Positions 38,338-51,600 of a stretch of DNA of 64,000 bases are shown one piece after another. The stretch's first letter is position 1, and the number at the start of each line of letters is the position of its first letter. The position numbers and the translations under genes are program-made. This stretch comes from Blasia pusilla (lineage: Eukaryota). The notes under the pieces were generated by a model that saw only the letters and a list, made by a program, of their open reading frames with translations, was not told the origin of the DNA and did not search any database. The stretch lies in assembly GCA_050084515.1 (NCBI GenBank), contig CM114271.1, forward strand, positions 19,406,001-19,470,000, in the 5' to 3' direction.

Positions 38338-39946
38338 ATGACCAAAGCTAGAAAACTCCAACAGATTGTGAAGGAACATTGGGAAGAAGTACAAATGGAA
38401 GGTAGAACATCAAACAGATGGCAGTGCAAGTTCGTATTTATGATAACCTATCATAGCACACGGATGGTGGAGCATTTTACATGAGAGAGCCCAAAGAAAA
38501 ATGATGGGAATAAGGATACCCATCATGCCAAATTATGTGTGAAGATCCCTCCCAACGTGCAACGGGATCTCCAAAACATGGTACTAGTGGAAAATGGACA
38601 AAGAAGGGAAGCGAGACCTTTGAATGAAATGGAAGAGACGACTCCATTACAAAAAGGTTCGTAAAAAATAGGAAATAGTGTTTATGTTGTACAAAATGTT
38701 GATGGGATTGCGGACGTGCCACCGAGTGACATTCTTGAGGAGTACAAAGGAGTTGTTGGGCCCATTCGAGGGAGTAGTAGTTATGAGAAGAAGCAAGCTT
38801 ATCTGAGGGATTCTTTCAACATAAAAGGAATAGAAGTTAAAAATGACATGTGGGCAAAATGTTTCTACGAATGTGGAATACCATTCAACGTAGAACGAAA
38901 AGATGCTTTCAAAGAAGTAGTGTTGGCAACAATAAAGGTGAAGGGTTACTCAGGTCCTAGTTACAGTTTGTTGCGCACCACCCTACTTGAGAAACATATG
39001 GGGAAGGTGAAGGAAAAAATGGATGGCATATTGGATAATTTGCGTTTGGGGGCCACGATCATAACGAATTCTTGGACTAATGTGAGGAGTCTTTATTGAA
39101 CATAATGGTCTCTTGTCCATAAGGTGAGGTCATGATTGAGTCGATAGACACCAAAGGGGAATCCCAAACGGCGGAATGGTTGGCAGGTCACATAGAGAGG
39201 ACTATCATGCGCATCGGTCCAGAAAATGTGGTACAACTTGTGAGAGACAATGCTAGCAATGAGTGAGCAATAGGGAAACTTATCGTAACAAAGTTCCCTC
39301 ATATTGTTTGGGATGGATGCGTATCACATTCTCGTGATCTAGTCTGCGAAGAGTGGGGTAAATGGCCTTGGATGGATAGAATTTTTGCACAAGCTCATGA
39401 GATGGTAGTATTTGAGAAGACTAGAACTTGGGTGATGGCCAAATTCATGGAAACCAATCCAATGAAGAGACGATTATTGCTTCCTGTAAATACACGTTTT
39501 GCGACAAATTTTATCATGTTGGGATGCGTCTTAAAATTGAGGCAGGATTTATACGCCATGGTTACCACCAATGCCTTTAGGGAGTATTTCAATGGCAAGG
39601 ATGCGAGGCAAAGGGAGAAGGCATGAGAGATTGAGACTATGGTGGCCAATCACGATTTTTGGATGAAGGGTGAGAAGTTGTTTGATGCGTCTCAACCAAC
39701 TATTATTCTGTTGAGAGAGTGTGATGGTCATAAAGCAATGATTGGGCTTATTTATCGTCGTATTTTTGAGATAATGGAAGAGACTCGTTCTTTTCCTATA
39801 ACTCCATGGGCGGTGTGGATGGAAGGCATCGCGGGTTATTTTGTCACAATATCTAGAGCTATAGAGATGGTTGATGTTATTTCTAGCGGTGGGCACTTGT
39901 CCACAACAAGTTACATGCAATAGGCTACATTCTCGCCCCTTACAAT
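38338..39946 (+). pseudogene. hAT-family transposase (BED finger and catalytic core), degenerate, cut by element C
   Basis: HW...RWQCKF (BED), WAKCFYECGIPFNV, GYSGPSYSLLRTTLL, IITNSWTN, IGPENVVQLVRDNASN, WDGCVSH (CxxH), PVNTRFATNFIML, LHAIGYILAP immediately before 39947. Confidence 0.88.
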
Positions 39947-40664
39947 TATCACGTCTTTTAGGATAGATCGGTAAGATCTAGTAGAACGCCTTTGCGAGTA
40001 GTGGAGGACAGACTCAAGAGGTTGAGGATGACCTACTGAGGCCCCGGGAAACATGAGAGAGCAGGTTTTCCCTTCGTTTCGGCTCATTTGGAGCCATATT
40101 GAGGAACTTACTATTTTAGGTAAGTACCATTTTGAGTATATGGTCAACTTTATATTTTTGGAAAGTGGCCTTTGACCTCCTACATCAGGTCAAGAGCCAA
40201 GGAAGTGACTTGGGAGCATAGGTTATCATGGAGAGAGCTTGGGAGAGGGAAGGGGTATACCTCAAGGAGAGAGAGCTTGAGAGCTCATTCTCTCTTTGCT
40301 GAACCTTTTGACATGGGGCGGCAGAGTTATGGTCCCTTGCCTTGTGAGTGTAACCCAAGCCTCTCATTAGGAGAGTAGGTTTGATTTGACATTGAGAGAG
40401 ATATGTGAGAGTGCACACATGTGAGAACTATGGTGTTATGAGAGAGATCCGATCTTATTTTACAAAGAGAGAATGAGTGAGTGAGAGAGCTTCATGGGGG
40501 AGCTCGCTAGTTGCTTGATGTTTGGCGCAAGTTTGGGGACCGTGTTCCCCGCCTCATGGCTCATGGGAGTGCTAACCAGAGCAAGCGCCGTGCAAGTTTG
40601 TTGTTTTGCTTTGCTGATGTTTTGTACGGGAGAATGGCACACGGAAGCGCTACCCAATTTTTGA

Positions 40665-41108
40665 TAGAAATTGAGTGTGAGGGCGGATTTCTCCATGCTG
40701 GTGCTCTTGGAAGCACCATGTAGCTTGTTGATTTGTGTTCTCATAGATTTTATATTTTCTTTGGGAGAAATCAACGTTGAAGCGCTCCCAAATTTTATGT
40801 AGGAGAAAGAGACATTGGGCTTTACGACAATCCTTGTCAGTTTTTACAATAATGTCCGATTCAAAATATTTTTTGACGTTGTTGTAGAAATTGAGTGTGA
40901 GGGCGGATTGCTCCATGCTGGTGCTCTTGGAAGCACCATGTAGCTTGATGATTTGTGTTCTCATAGGTTTTACATTTTCTTTGGGAGAAATCAACGTTGA
41001 AGCGCTGCCAAATTTTATGTAGGAGAAAGAGATATTGGGCTTTACGACAATCCTTGTCAATTTTTATAGTAATGTCCGATTCAAAATATTTTTTGACGTT
41101 GTTGTAGA
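40665..41108. repeat. Tandem duplication, 2 x 220 bp, in the leader of element C
   Basis: 'tagaaattgagtgtgagggcggatt...ttttgacgttgttg' at 40665 and 40885. The segment is single-copy in element B (about 24395-24615). Confidence 0.95.
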
Positions 41109-42447
41109 TGGTAAAGTTGTGCATGTTTTGCAATAGACAATGTGCAATTTGGAGTTGCGAGCAAAACGTTATGATCAATCTTGCAAAATTTCCATTGGTA
41201 GGAAATTTGTAGGGTTAAATTGATCAAACCCTAAACTAGCCGCCGCGTCGGCGGCGGCCGTCGCCGTCATAGTCACTGTCAATGGTCAATCATCACTGTT
41301 AATGGTCCACCATCCACCATCCACCGTCGGCCTCCGCCGCTGCCGCCTAGGGTTGCTCAGAGCCGCGTTTGACGGTTGTCCACCCTTGGTTGCCATTTTC
41401 GCCATTACGGAGTGGAGGGTCCTCCACAACGACTGTTGATTCTATGACTTGTGCCACCACCACATACTTTTTTTTGTCCGCCATTGTAATCATAGTTTCG
41501 TCATCAACTTGTGATGGTAGGTGATCTCGGGGGTTATGGTGTTTGAGTTTTCATTCCATGCTGCTATGTTGTGATTGGTAGCCGCTCAACGACGATCGAG
41601 TACCGTACCGTGACGCCCGTAGCTGCAACGCGCCACCGATTGCCATACCATGCTGCTCATGGCCGCACCCCACCATCTCAATCATGGAGCTGCTTCTTCA
41701 CTAAGAAGAAGAGCGTGTGAGTTTTTGATTGAGGAGGGTATGCCGCCGAGTGCCGCATTGGACTGCTGGACTTGCACCGCATATCAAGGAGGTTTGAGCA
41801 ACGTCAGTACGAGAGGAATACGACTTGCTGATTGGAGGAGTTTTCTTCATGACTAAGTTGGGGTCGAGATTTGTAGTTGCCGAGGAGCGACATCGACATT
41901 ATTGGTAGGTTACCCATTTTGGTCTCTTACCCTACACGTGTGAGGAATTTTTGAGTATTGGGAAGTTATTTGGGATATTGGGTTCCGTGCTGATGTTGAG
42001 AGCATCAATGATGTATGGGTTTAGGGGACATTGACCTATGTGGGATGTCTAGAGTTGAGGATGGTTTGTCGATGAGATGATAGATCAGTTGATTTGCCGG
42101 ACCATGCCGCTTGTTGCCGCACAACACACATCTTAGAGAGAGAATGTAGATTGAGTGCCGTATGTTTAGTTTTAGTGATTGAGGGATTACTTGCAAGATT
42201 GAGAGTGATCGTGTGAGAGGGGCACGAGGGCCATCACGGCGTCCTTTTGGGATTTTGAGAGGCAAGGTAGTGGACCTGAGAGTAGCTCTCGAGGGTTTAC
42301 CTGAAGTGGTGCGAGGTTTGGAGGGTCTCCATGTGAGAGACCACCTCGATCTCCTTCTGTGTCAACTTCAGACAAGAAGAGCATGTAGAGGAGTGTGTTA
42401 GTGATCCACCGTACATATTGAGTGGTCCTACAAGTTGGGCATACGAG

Positions 42448-43520
42448 ATGGACGACCGGGGTAGAGGACCGCGTAGGTTTTCGGGTTCTGTAGGTACTAT
42501 ACAGCTTCACGACTTCATTGCAGAGTTTAGGAGTTGGTATGACTCACAACGGGCTAGAAACTCTAGAGAGTCCAACCCGTTTACAACATGGAATGGTATA
42601 TTCCAGCATTTAGAGGGGGCTTCCATGGACGATTACCATGAGTTCTCTCAGAGATATGCCCAAGAGATTGAGGCATGGCGACTCTACTATGATCCACTCT
42701 ATGTGTCATGGATAGAGCCGTTCCCAGATGAGGAGGAGGAGTCAGGAGAGGCTTCTTCTTCTTCCACCATTGATGTTTTAGGAGGGATAACTCGCACTGG
42801 AGCAATTGCACCGTCCATTCGGGTTCTTCCGAGGTTCAACCTCGTGGCTGAGTTCTTTGCTAAGTTGAGGGCCAGCTACCAGGAGGTACGGCCGGAGAAG
42901 TTGCGGAGCATCCACGAATTCCAGAGGCGCCTTGGTGAGAGTTTATGTGAGGCTTACACTTTCTTGTGCCGGTTGATCAACGTCACTCACGGGATGACAA
43001 AGGCTCAGGCTATCCAATCCTGGTACCCGATATTGGAGCGGACCCTACGGACACGGATGCGAGAGGGGGACTTCTTATGAACATCTCCCCTACGTTGAGA
43101 GATGTTTTTAGGACCGCCAAGAACATTGAGCGCAACATGGTCGAGGAGAGCGTAGCCACCATGGGTTTTGGGCGAGAGCACTCACGATTGTGTGCACCAT
43201 CAATGCTGCAACCGCCTACAATTACTTGTTGGTCCTCCGAGATAGGTTGACTGTGGCACCACGAGCTCAGGGAGGATCCCGGGAGGTCGTGCCACAGAGA
43301 CCTGCGCCTTCATTTACGGCTCAACAGCAACCGCTTAAGATTACTTGTCGATCATGTAGTGGAGCCCATCATTAGCATGATTGCACTCGTTAGGGTCATG
43401 GACGTGTGCCTCAGGATGGCGGAGGAGATGGTGTTGCACTAGGAGGTTATCAGTGTGATTACTGTCAGAGATATGGTTATACACGCGCGAGGTGTTTTGT
43501 GTACACCTTGAGTTATGTCC
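42448..43520 (+). pseudogene. Gag with two zinc knuckles, element C
   Basis: MDDRGRGPRRFSG...LHDFIAEFRSW...FQRRLGESLCEAY. Knuckles CRSCSGAHH*HDC (about 43345) and CDYCQRYGYTRARC (about 43454). Confidence 0.75.
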
Positions 43521-44399
43521 GGACCGAGGGCCAGAGAGGGCACCAAAGCAAGTAGCCGGTCGGGTGGGCCTAAAGATCGTGCACCAGGTGGTCCTGTTGG
43601 GGGACGAGGAGCTGGAGTTTCCGGACACGTTGATGGAGCTGCCCATGGAGGAGGTAGAGTCCCACCACCTAGACGCGTCGAGGGAGATGCAAGGCGTGAG
43701 GTTGGGATGGCTCCTCAGATACAACAGCTACAAGAGCAGATTTCTGCTATGGCATTGAGGTTACTCGATGCCATATCCGTGGCATCGACATCATATGGAG
43801 CACCTACAGATATGGTTGGATGTGGGGAGTTGCCCAGATGGAGGCCGCCGTAGTATGACACGTGGAGCAGCCATAGAGTTGGATCCACAGCGAGGGGAAA
43901 GCCAGGAAACAGACCAGGCTTCCTTAGTCTTTCACATTGACCGAGGCGATGAGGACCCCATTGATGGGTCTTGATAAGAATTTCCGAAGAGTTGGTGATG
44001 TTATTGGTGTGCAGGAAAGGAGGACAATGGGAGAAACAAGTTGGACGACTCCCATTGGAGATGCTCAGGAGGAGCATGTGTTGAGTACGATGTTGGGGGC
44101 GGCCACGATGGTGTACCTTGCTCCGCTATTTTCTACTTCCAATGTTATGACATTGGGAGCTACGTCCGCCGAGTTGTTCCGGCTGGCCGCTATGGAATGT
44201 GAGCATGAAGTGGAGTTGGAGTTCCTACATCACGTTCAGAGATGATTGCAGAGGAGGTGATGGACCTGCCCTTGGAGCGGATGCTCAGGCCGTCCACGTC
44301 ACATTCATGGCTGGCTGCGGCTACTAGGATGGCGGAGATGCCGGCTAGACCCGCGATAGAGCATGCCATTGCTTCTCCTCGTGTTGTGTTGCTGGATAA

Positions 44400-44790
44400 T
44401 TGGGAAGAGGTCTTCCAGTTGGTGAGTCGTGGAGGTAGAGCTTTTAGTTCGTATTGCGGCTTGTTGGATTCAATTGTGCAACCCTTGATATTGGGAAAAG
44501 CATCATTGAGAGGATTGGGCTTGACGAGAGCCGATGAGGAGCGTTGTCCATTTCAGATACAGACATCCTTGGATGGAGCAAGTACCACATAGTACATCAT
44601 CCGACAGGAGGTTGTGGTGAGGATTCGCCCAGGACATCCTACAGATGAGTCCGTGGTGCGAGCCAAGGCGATAATGACTGATGTAGAGTCCTACGACGTT
44701 TTGGTTGGTGGAGCAGTGTTATATGCGATGGGGTTTTCCCTGGATTATTGGGAGGAGTCAACGTCCTACAGACGAGGATGGCAGTCAAGT
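44400..44790 (+). pseudogene. Aspartic protease, element C
   Basis: LLDSIVQPLILGK (decayed DSG) followed by SYDVLVGGAVL. Confidence 0.8.
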
Positions 44791-45159
44791 GATGGTTGCC
44801 TTAGCTCATTATCCGTTCAATTCACAGGTGTAGTGATCAAGCGATGGCTAGGAGAGATGGCGACATTAGTAGCATTTAGCAATGCCATCATTTGGCCTAG
44901 TGATTTGATTGAGGGACATGTCCATGCAAAGGATACTCCCGTTCCTGACATTTCTATGGAGAGGAGTGTCATGGTAGTCGCATCAGTCCGTGGAGGAGAG
45001 GTGTCGCTTTAGGACTCGACTGAGGAGCTTTGACGCTTAGCCACTGAGCATGTGCAAATTGCATGGAGCAAGACATTTGCACTAGAGTGTGATGGGTCAG
45101 AGGAACCCCAGGTAGCCAGGAGTATTGCTATGATCACTGTGGACACCCCCTTGATTGTG

Positions 45160-46115
45160 TGGTGCATCCCAAAGAAGGGTATTCGGGTGTTGGGTCTCTT
45201 TGGAGGGATCAGCACTGGGTTAGATGTTGTTTTCCATAGTGGAGTGCGCGTGCAGGAGTACATGTATGTGGAGATTGATGATGTTGTGAGGCACGCTTCA
45301 CTTCACCATGTGGCGCAGTTATGCCTCCGTTTTCTCGACTTGTTGTCTGCGTCTGCCATTCAAGGTTACTAGAGTTTCCTACCGAGAGATATTTCATTGT
45401 TGGGGGCGTAGGACTTGGAGCGGGTAGGGACCATAGACTTGGTCATTGCTGGTTGGCCATGTCAGGGCCAGTCGAGTGCTAGACGAGGTAGCGGATTTGG
45501 TGACTCTTGGTCCATGTTGTTTTGGGAGATGAAGCGGATCTTGCGACACTTGCAGGAGCATCAATCTTGTCCTCCAACATACATTCTGGCGAATGTACCA
45601 ATTTTGGGCGATTTGAGGTCCGTGTGGTGACAAGTGCACATTAGGTGCGCACATGGATCGGCCGACAGTTTTGTTGGATGTGGCCAGTATGGATTCATGA
45701 GCACATCGCCCGTGTCTTTGGTGGACCAACTTTATACCACACGAGGTATTGCAGAGGGCATATGCGAGAGTCAAGCGCCCCTCCAATTTTTTTGGTGGAT
45801 TCTATATTGGATCCGAGCCGTCGATCACAGGCAATGAGGCATGATGATGGACCGCCGTTGACTGTGGTCAACAAGATTGGCATGCCACGGGCAGCCTTTC
45901 CCACTTCTTATGCATTCAAGAAGGTCGGACCTAGCTTGGTTTGGGATGACCACGTACAGAGGTTGGTGGAGCCCAACGCAGATGAGCAAGAGCAAGCAAT
46001 GGGATTCCCCACTGGAGTGACGGGAGTACCATCACTATCAGAGGCATCACGACGTCATATCTTGGATCAAGCAATAGACCTGAACTACTTGACATGGATT
46101 TTCAGCTTAGGAGTA
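45160..46115 (+). pseudogene. C5 cytosine DNA methyltransferase domain, element C
   Basis: GIRVLGLFGGISTGL, YMYVEID, IDLVIAGWPCQGQS, LFWEM, YILANVP, AHRPCLWWTN, EQEQAMGFPTGVT, RRHILDQAIDL. Confidence 0.92.
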
Positions 46116-46448
46116 GGTGAGTAGCGTCGTTTGAGGATGCGATAGATCACAGTAGTTACGTTGGTGAGCCCCAGGCCTACCAAGACGGTTGAGGCAGTGG
46201 CTGGGGGCAAGACCCGAGGAGATCGACACTCTGAGGATGATCAAGAGAGACACCCTTGGACTTCTTGGGATACGCCAAGAGATGGTAGCCACAACATCGA
46301 GCGTGGTTCTGGGTATTGCACATGGAGATCCGATTTTGCAGTTGATTGTAGGGGAGCCGTCGAGTTTTGTTGTCCCATACAAGGTTGGACCATAACGAGG
46401 TTCTAAGTGTTACCCTCCAATAAGGTAGATAAAAAAAAAAGCTTGTGG

Positions 46449-47940
46449 TTACACTCCGATCTGCTTGTATGGTTCAATAAGGGCTTGTGCACCTCTCCGT
46501 AACCTTGCCTTTGGCTTGCTATCATATGCTCTTTTCAAGTAAGCCCACTCTAGTATATCAACACTAGATACTTGTCTTGGAGGGGAACGGGTCTCCACTT
46601 GATAATTGAAATGATGGGCAACTTGTCTATTTCTATATGGATGGTTTCTTTCTTTGTAACATTGATGGCCTTGAAATGTGGGTTTGTGCAATGGTTTAGA
46701 ATAGTAAGAATCAACATTTGGCCCACACACAACACATCCTAATTTAGCTTTATTGGCTTGGCCAGAGACAATGCACAACCCTAGGTAGTCACTTATTGTC
46801 CATATAATCATGGCTTGAAGATGGAACTTTATGCTTCCTTCTATACCACTAATGTCAAAAGTAGTGACCCCCTTCAACAATATTTGTAACTCATCAATAA
46901 GTGGAGCAAGGTAAACATCTAGGTTTTATGAACTCACATATTCTTTCCCAAATATTATAAGAGCCAATTGGAGGAAGAACTTCTTGGTACATAACCAAGG
47001 GGGAAAATTGTAATTGACCAAGACAACAAGCCAGGTAGACCATATGCTATTCTTTTCACTGAAAGGATTCACTCCATCCAATGCCAAACCAAATCTACAA
47101 TTTCGAGGCTCACTCATGAAATCATGCCATTGGCGGTCAATTTCCCTCCATTGCTTACAATCCCCTGTGTACCTCACCAAGCCATATGTACTCTTATTTT
47201 TTGAAGTCCAAGTCATAAGTTCAGAAATATTTTTGCATCTATACATGCGATTCAACCTTGGAATTATAGGGAAATGTCGAAGCACCTTCAATGCCACTTT
47301 ACTCTTCCCCACCTCCTTGAACCTTGGTGCTTTTCACTTTGTACATGTAACCACATCTTTGTATGCACCATGGAATAACATACAACCATTGGGACAAGCG
47401 TGGATTTGGACATAACTACTTCCAAGATTTGTGATGAGTTTCTTTGCTGCATAGTGGTTCTTAGGGACATGGTTGTCACTTGGAAGGATTTGTAAACTCG
47501 AAAATTTCAAAATCTCGTCAACAGCAATATTTGGGATGTTGTGGGTGCCATAAATATTTAAGAACACCATCGTCAATGCTAATTTACTATTCTTGCTTCC
47601 CGTGAATAAAGGGCGACATGCCTCTCGTAACGCCTCAGCATCAACTACCCAATCTTTCTCAATATATCCTAATTCTTATTCATCATCTCCTATCTCACAA
47701 GGACTTCCATCTTCATTTACGTCAGCAATAGGTTGTTATTCATCAAGGGATTCCTCTAGGTGCCGAGAGTCATATTGATGAAGGGATGCATTGATCATAT
47801 TATGAACCTCTACATTTTCATCATGATCTATGACAAATGGGATGGAAATCCTGACACTGCAATCAACACCAGGCTCTCGGGTAGTCTCATCTATGTTGAT
47901 GTTCTCTTGTCTTGAAAACATAGAACCGATGAATCATATT
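46449..47940 (-). pseudogene. CACTA/En-Spm (Tnp2-type) transposase, degenerate and truncated
   Basis: QIHACPNGCMLF, VLRHFPIIPRL, RFGLALDGVNPF, STWLVVLVNYNFPPWLC, PLIDEL, WTISDYLG, GCVVCG. Confidence 0.92.
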
Positions 47941-48562
47941 CATCAATGTTCTTCCATATTGTATTTGGAGGGTACCTATTATACATTATAAGGTGCTTCT
48001 CTATAACATGTAGCATTCTCTTTCTCATCCCTTTGCATTCATTACACGGACATCTGTGTTTTTTCAACCCAAGGATCTTTGTTGCCTCCTTCTCTCTTTG
48101 CTACAACTTATTATCATGCGATGTGATTTGTTATGGTCAGTAAGACTCAACTTTGGCACATTGGTCTATGCTCTAGCATGATAATTTTTGAGGTTTGCAA
48201 TTTCAGACCATAAAATTGACTTGGCAGATTTTTACTTTGGCTTAAGCTTGTGGTACTTACCAAGAGCAAAGGTGACTCTCGTAATCAATGTGTACTATTA
48301 AGTGGTCCTTGCTGAAGTCCAACCACTTGCTAAATAAACATTTTAAAATATATTATGAACATTAGTTAGAAAGATAATCGAGTAAGAACATTTGGTGATG
48401 TAGCTAGTTGGTAACACCATAAGTGTTTGACACATTCACCAACCTACATTCATTCCTCAAAGTTGTTGCGTTTTCTAGTAGATTCAACATTGATATGATA
48501 CTTATTGATCATAGACAAAAAAAAATCCTTTGAAAATTAAACAAACCTTATAGAAGGTATTG

Positions 48563-48637
48563 TGAGAATAACAAATGATCCACCTTATCGTATTGAAGGG
48601 TGAGAATAACAAATGATCCACCTTGTCGTATTGAAGG
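48563..48637. repeat. Tandem duplication, 2 x 38 bp
   Basis: tgagaataacaaatgatccacctt(a/g)tcgtattgaagg occurs twice. Confidence 0.9.
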
Positions 48638-51600
48638 TTTAGTTATTGCAAGCCCTATGGTCTCAACTCTGAAGCAGATTTCTTATGGCGAAGAGTCGCA
48701 CTTTTTATCGCGCGAGATACATAACCTCTGCCAGCTTTGGGCTACAAGCACTCTATGAAAGAAGAGAACCTTTAAACAACAAAGACAAAGATTATAAAAA
48801 ATGTACATATCTCATACAAAAAATAAAGAAACACAGTTTGTACTCTGTTGTAAGCTTTAAGCCATTTAATGGTTGCTCAGGAAGATCACTATATGAAAGT
48901 CTCTACATCACCTACAACGTTTTAGGGTTTAGACCCCCTAACTTATAAGTGAACTTTTTTTTTCTCACCCTTATATACTTTAAAGGAGTCATTTTTCATT
49001 TTTGGTACCCCTAAATTTGTTAAGGAAAGCAATCACTTGAAATAAATAAGGCTTTGAAAGAAAAGAAAAGTACCAAGTTAAGTTAATATCCAACATGTTG
49101 TCGTTAGATATGATAGAGGGGATTCAACCCCTAATTGAGCAAGAAGCTCAATCAGCCAATCTATCATCCCCTTAACCTACTCCCTCCTACTAACCTACTC
49201 ATAATTCAACAGTGTCGAGTACACTCTAAGGGCAATTCACAAAAATATTGAATCCTACATGTCTCAAACATAAAAAAAACTCACGAAGATCGACTCATTC
49301 TGAATGTATGTAGTCAAAGCATGTAACTCAGCTGAATCAAGTATATATATCGTATATTGTATCCCTGATTTCATTGTCAAGTTCACGTTAGAAATCACTA
49401 TTTCAATATCAATCCATTGCACATCTATTGCATCATAAGTGAACAAGGTTTTGTTGTTACCATGGCCGGAAGACTTGTACCAATTACACATGACACGAAA
49501 AATGCTTCCCTTTTGTAGAGGAGGAGGTACAGACATGCCCATCAAGTCCGAGGCCCTACGACATCTTGACCAATATGTACCATTATTTTGAATCATAAAC
49601 ACGATACGCCCCAACCAATACTTCTTTTTTGCAACTCTTGCCTCCACTGCAAGTTGTGTCTCTTCTCCCTTCATTTTCTTTGACTTTCTTGATCTTGTGG
49701 AAGGGCCAACGTCTACTATAGATTTTAACAGAAATTCTATATCACTACCAACATCAACCAAACAAGTTGGGCAATTAGGATCATGCTCCTTTCCCTTGCT
49801 AGAAGTGTAATATGTCTTTTAGGTTATTCGAGTTAGCATGTCCCTTGACATGAAAGGATTGCAAGACAAATGATTTACAAGGGTGGATTTATAGATAATC
49901 TTCCCCTCATAAGTTACAGTAGGAAATCTTTCATGTGGAATTGCCACAGTAGTCAACTTTTCTTAACGACCATGAAAGAGAAAGTTGCAAATTCTCAAGT
50001 GTTTCTAGAGAGCTCAAAGATTAAAATATGATTGGAAACAAACATAAAAATTTGATTGGCTAATCACTCTATACACAACTTTCCATTAGAGACAACATTT
50101 ATTTTAGCTTTCAACCACACATTTCGTGTTGGAAAAATATGGGCGCAATCGAATATTGTAGTTGAGTGCTCGTCCAAGGTTGGCGCATGGTGGCATTACA
50201 AGAAGCAAATGCATGGTGGCTCTAAGTAGAAGCATTGGACTGCAGCGGAGAGATGGCAAGGAGATGAAAAAAATTTGTTGGGCGCATTAGGTTACAAATA
50301 TCCCTCTTTTACGACCAAATTTGATTCCCCCCATGACCAAATGTGAATCAAAAGAGAGAGAGGTCACATGCTTACCTAAGTCATCCCGAAAGCAAGAGGA
50401 TGGATAATAATAAGCAAACCAAGGTTGAACAATGGTGAACCAACTTCAACAATAATCCGAAACGATAGACATACACGAACGATTCCAAAGAAGCACAGTC
50501 CATCCGTTCGAGGCTCAAATATTGCAAGATGTAGATCCAATTGAAAAAAAAAGATGCCTTGAGCTGCTTCACAAGTAAGTGTTAGTCACCAAAGATTGAA
50601 GAAATATTTTTAACATGTCCGCTATTCAAGAAGAACTCGACAAAGGATTGATGAAAGCTTGCTCAATCATCAAACCTCCCTACAACCCGCCTGCAATTTG
50701 CTTGCAATCTCCTCTTTCGAGTGGCGGCTGTTCGTCTTTCCTTGGAAGGTTTTTCCCCTAAACCCAAACCCGGTTCAAGTCTTCTCGGGAGAAATAGTGG
50801 AAAAATGGTTAAGGAGCGAAACCATTTAGTAAAAAAAACTATCTTTTTCCCTCTAAATTTCCCTACAAAGAATCAAAGAATTTCCTACCAAGGGAGGAAA
50901 TTATTATATAAAATTAAATTTGAGAAAAAATATAACTAGTTTTTATGAAAAAAATAGGTATTATATATATTTGTGAATATTGACCCTATCTTATGTGAAC
51001 ATCTTCCATGGAAGGGCAACTAATATAAAGACCCTATTGTTCTTCCACAAAACTTAATAAGTCTTCCAAGGGACGCAATTAAAAAACAACTTACTTTGTC
51101 GCACGTGATGGGGCATATTTGTGGAAGTGAGACCCTCGAGAATGGTTGAAAAGCTTATTGATGATGTTAAAAGCTATGCCTTCAATCACCTCAGTCAGAT
51201 GAGTCCTTGAAATTTTTCATTTCGCAAAAGTAGGCTATGGAAAAAAAAAGAATGGAAAAAGATGCGGTTCTCTGTCTCTCTCTGTGTTGAGAGAGAGAGA
51301 GAGAGAGAGAAAAAAAAAGAAAAATTTGAACTATAAGAGTGCACTTTGAGACCGGAACTCTCTACGCCGCATACTCGCATCGCAACCTTTACTTTTTCAC
51401 TACGCAAAATGCTCAACCTCGGACTTTCCTAAGCCTTACAACCGTACATGAGCATCGGCAACAAGTGCACGTTCCAAAAATATTTTGCGCGTATGGTTTG
51501 ATCGGGTGGTCTTGACCTACTCCCATAAGCCTCCCCCGCCCCCCACTCACGCCCCCTTGCTCGTTCTCTATACCCATACTAAAACAAGAGAAAAAAAGAG

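Larger units (their letters stand above)
39947..46364 (+). mobile_element. Element C: 3'-truncated copy of the element-B family (A1, leader, gag, PR, DNMT)
   Basis: 39947-40462 matches the reverse complement of B's A1 (tatcacgtcttttaggatag, with TG mutated to TA). It stays collinear with B through gag, PR and DNMT, and the homology ends at about 46364 before RT. Confidence 0.93.
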
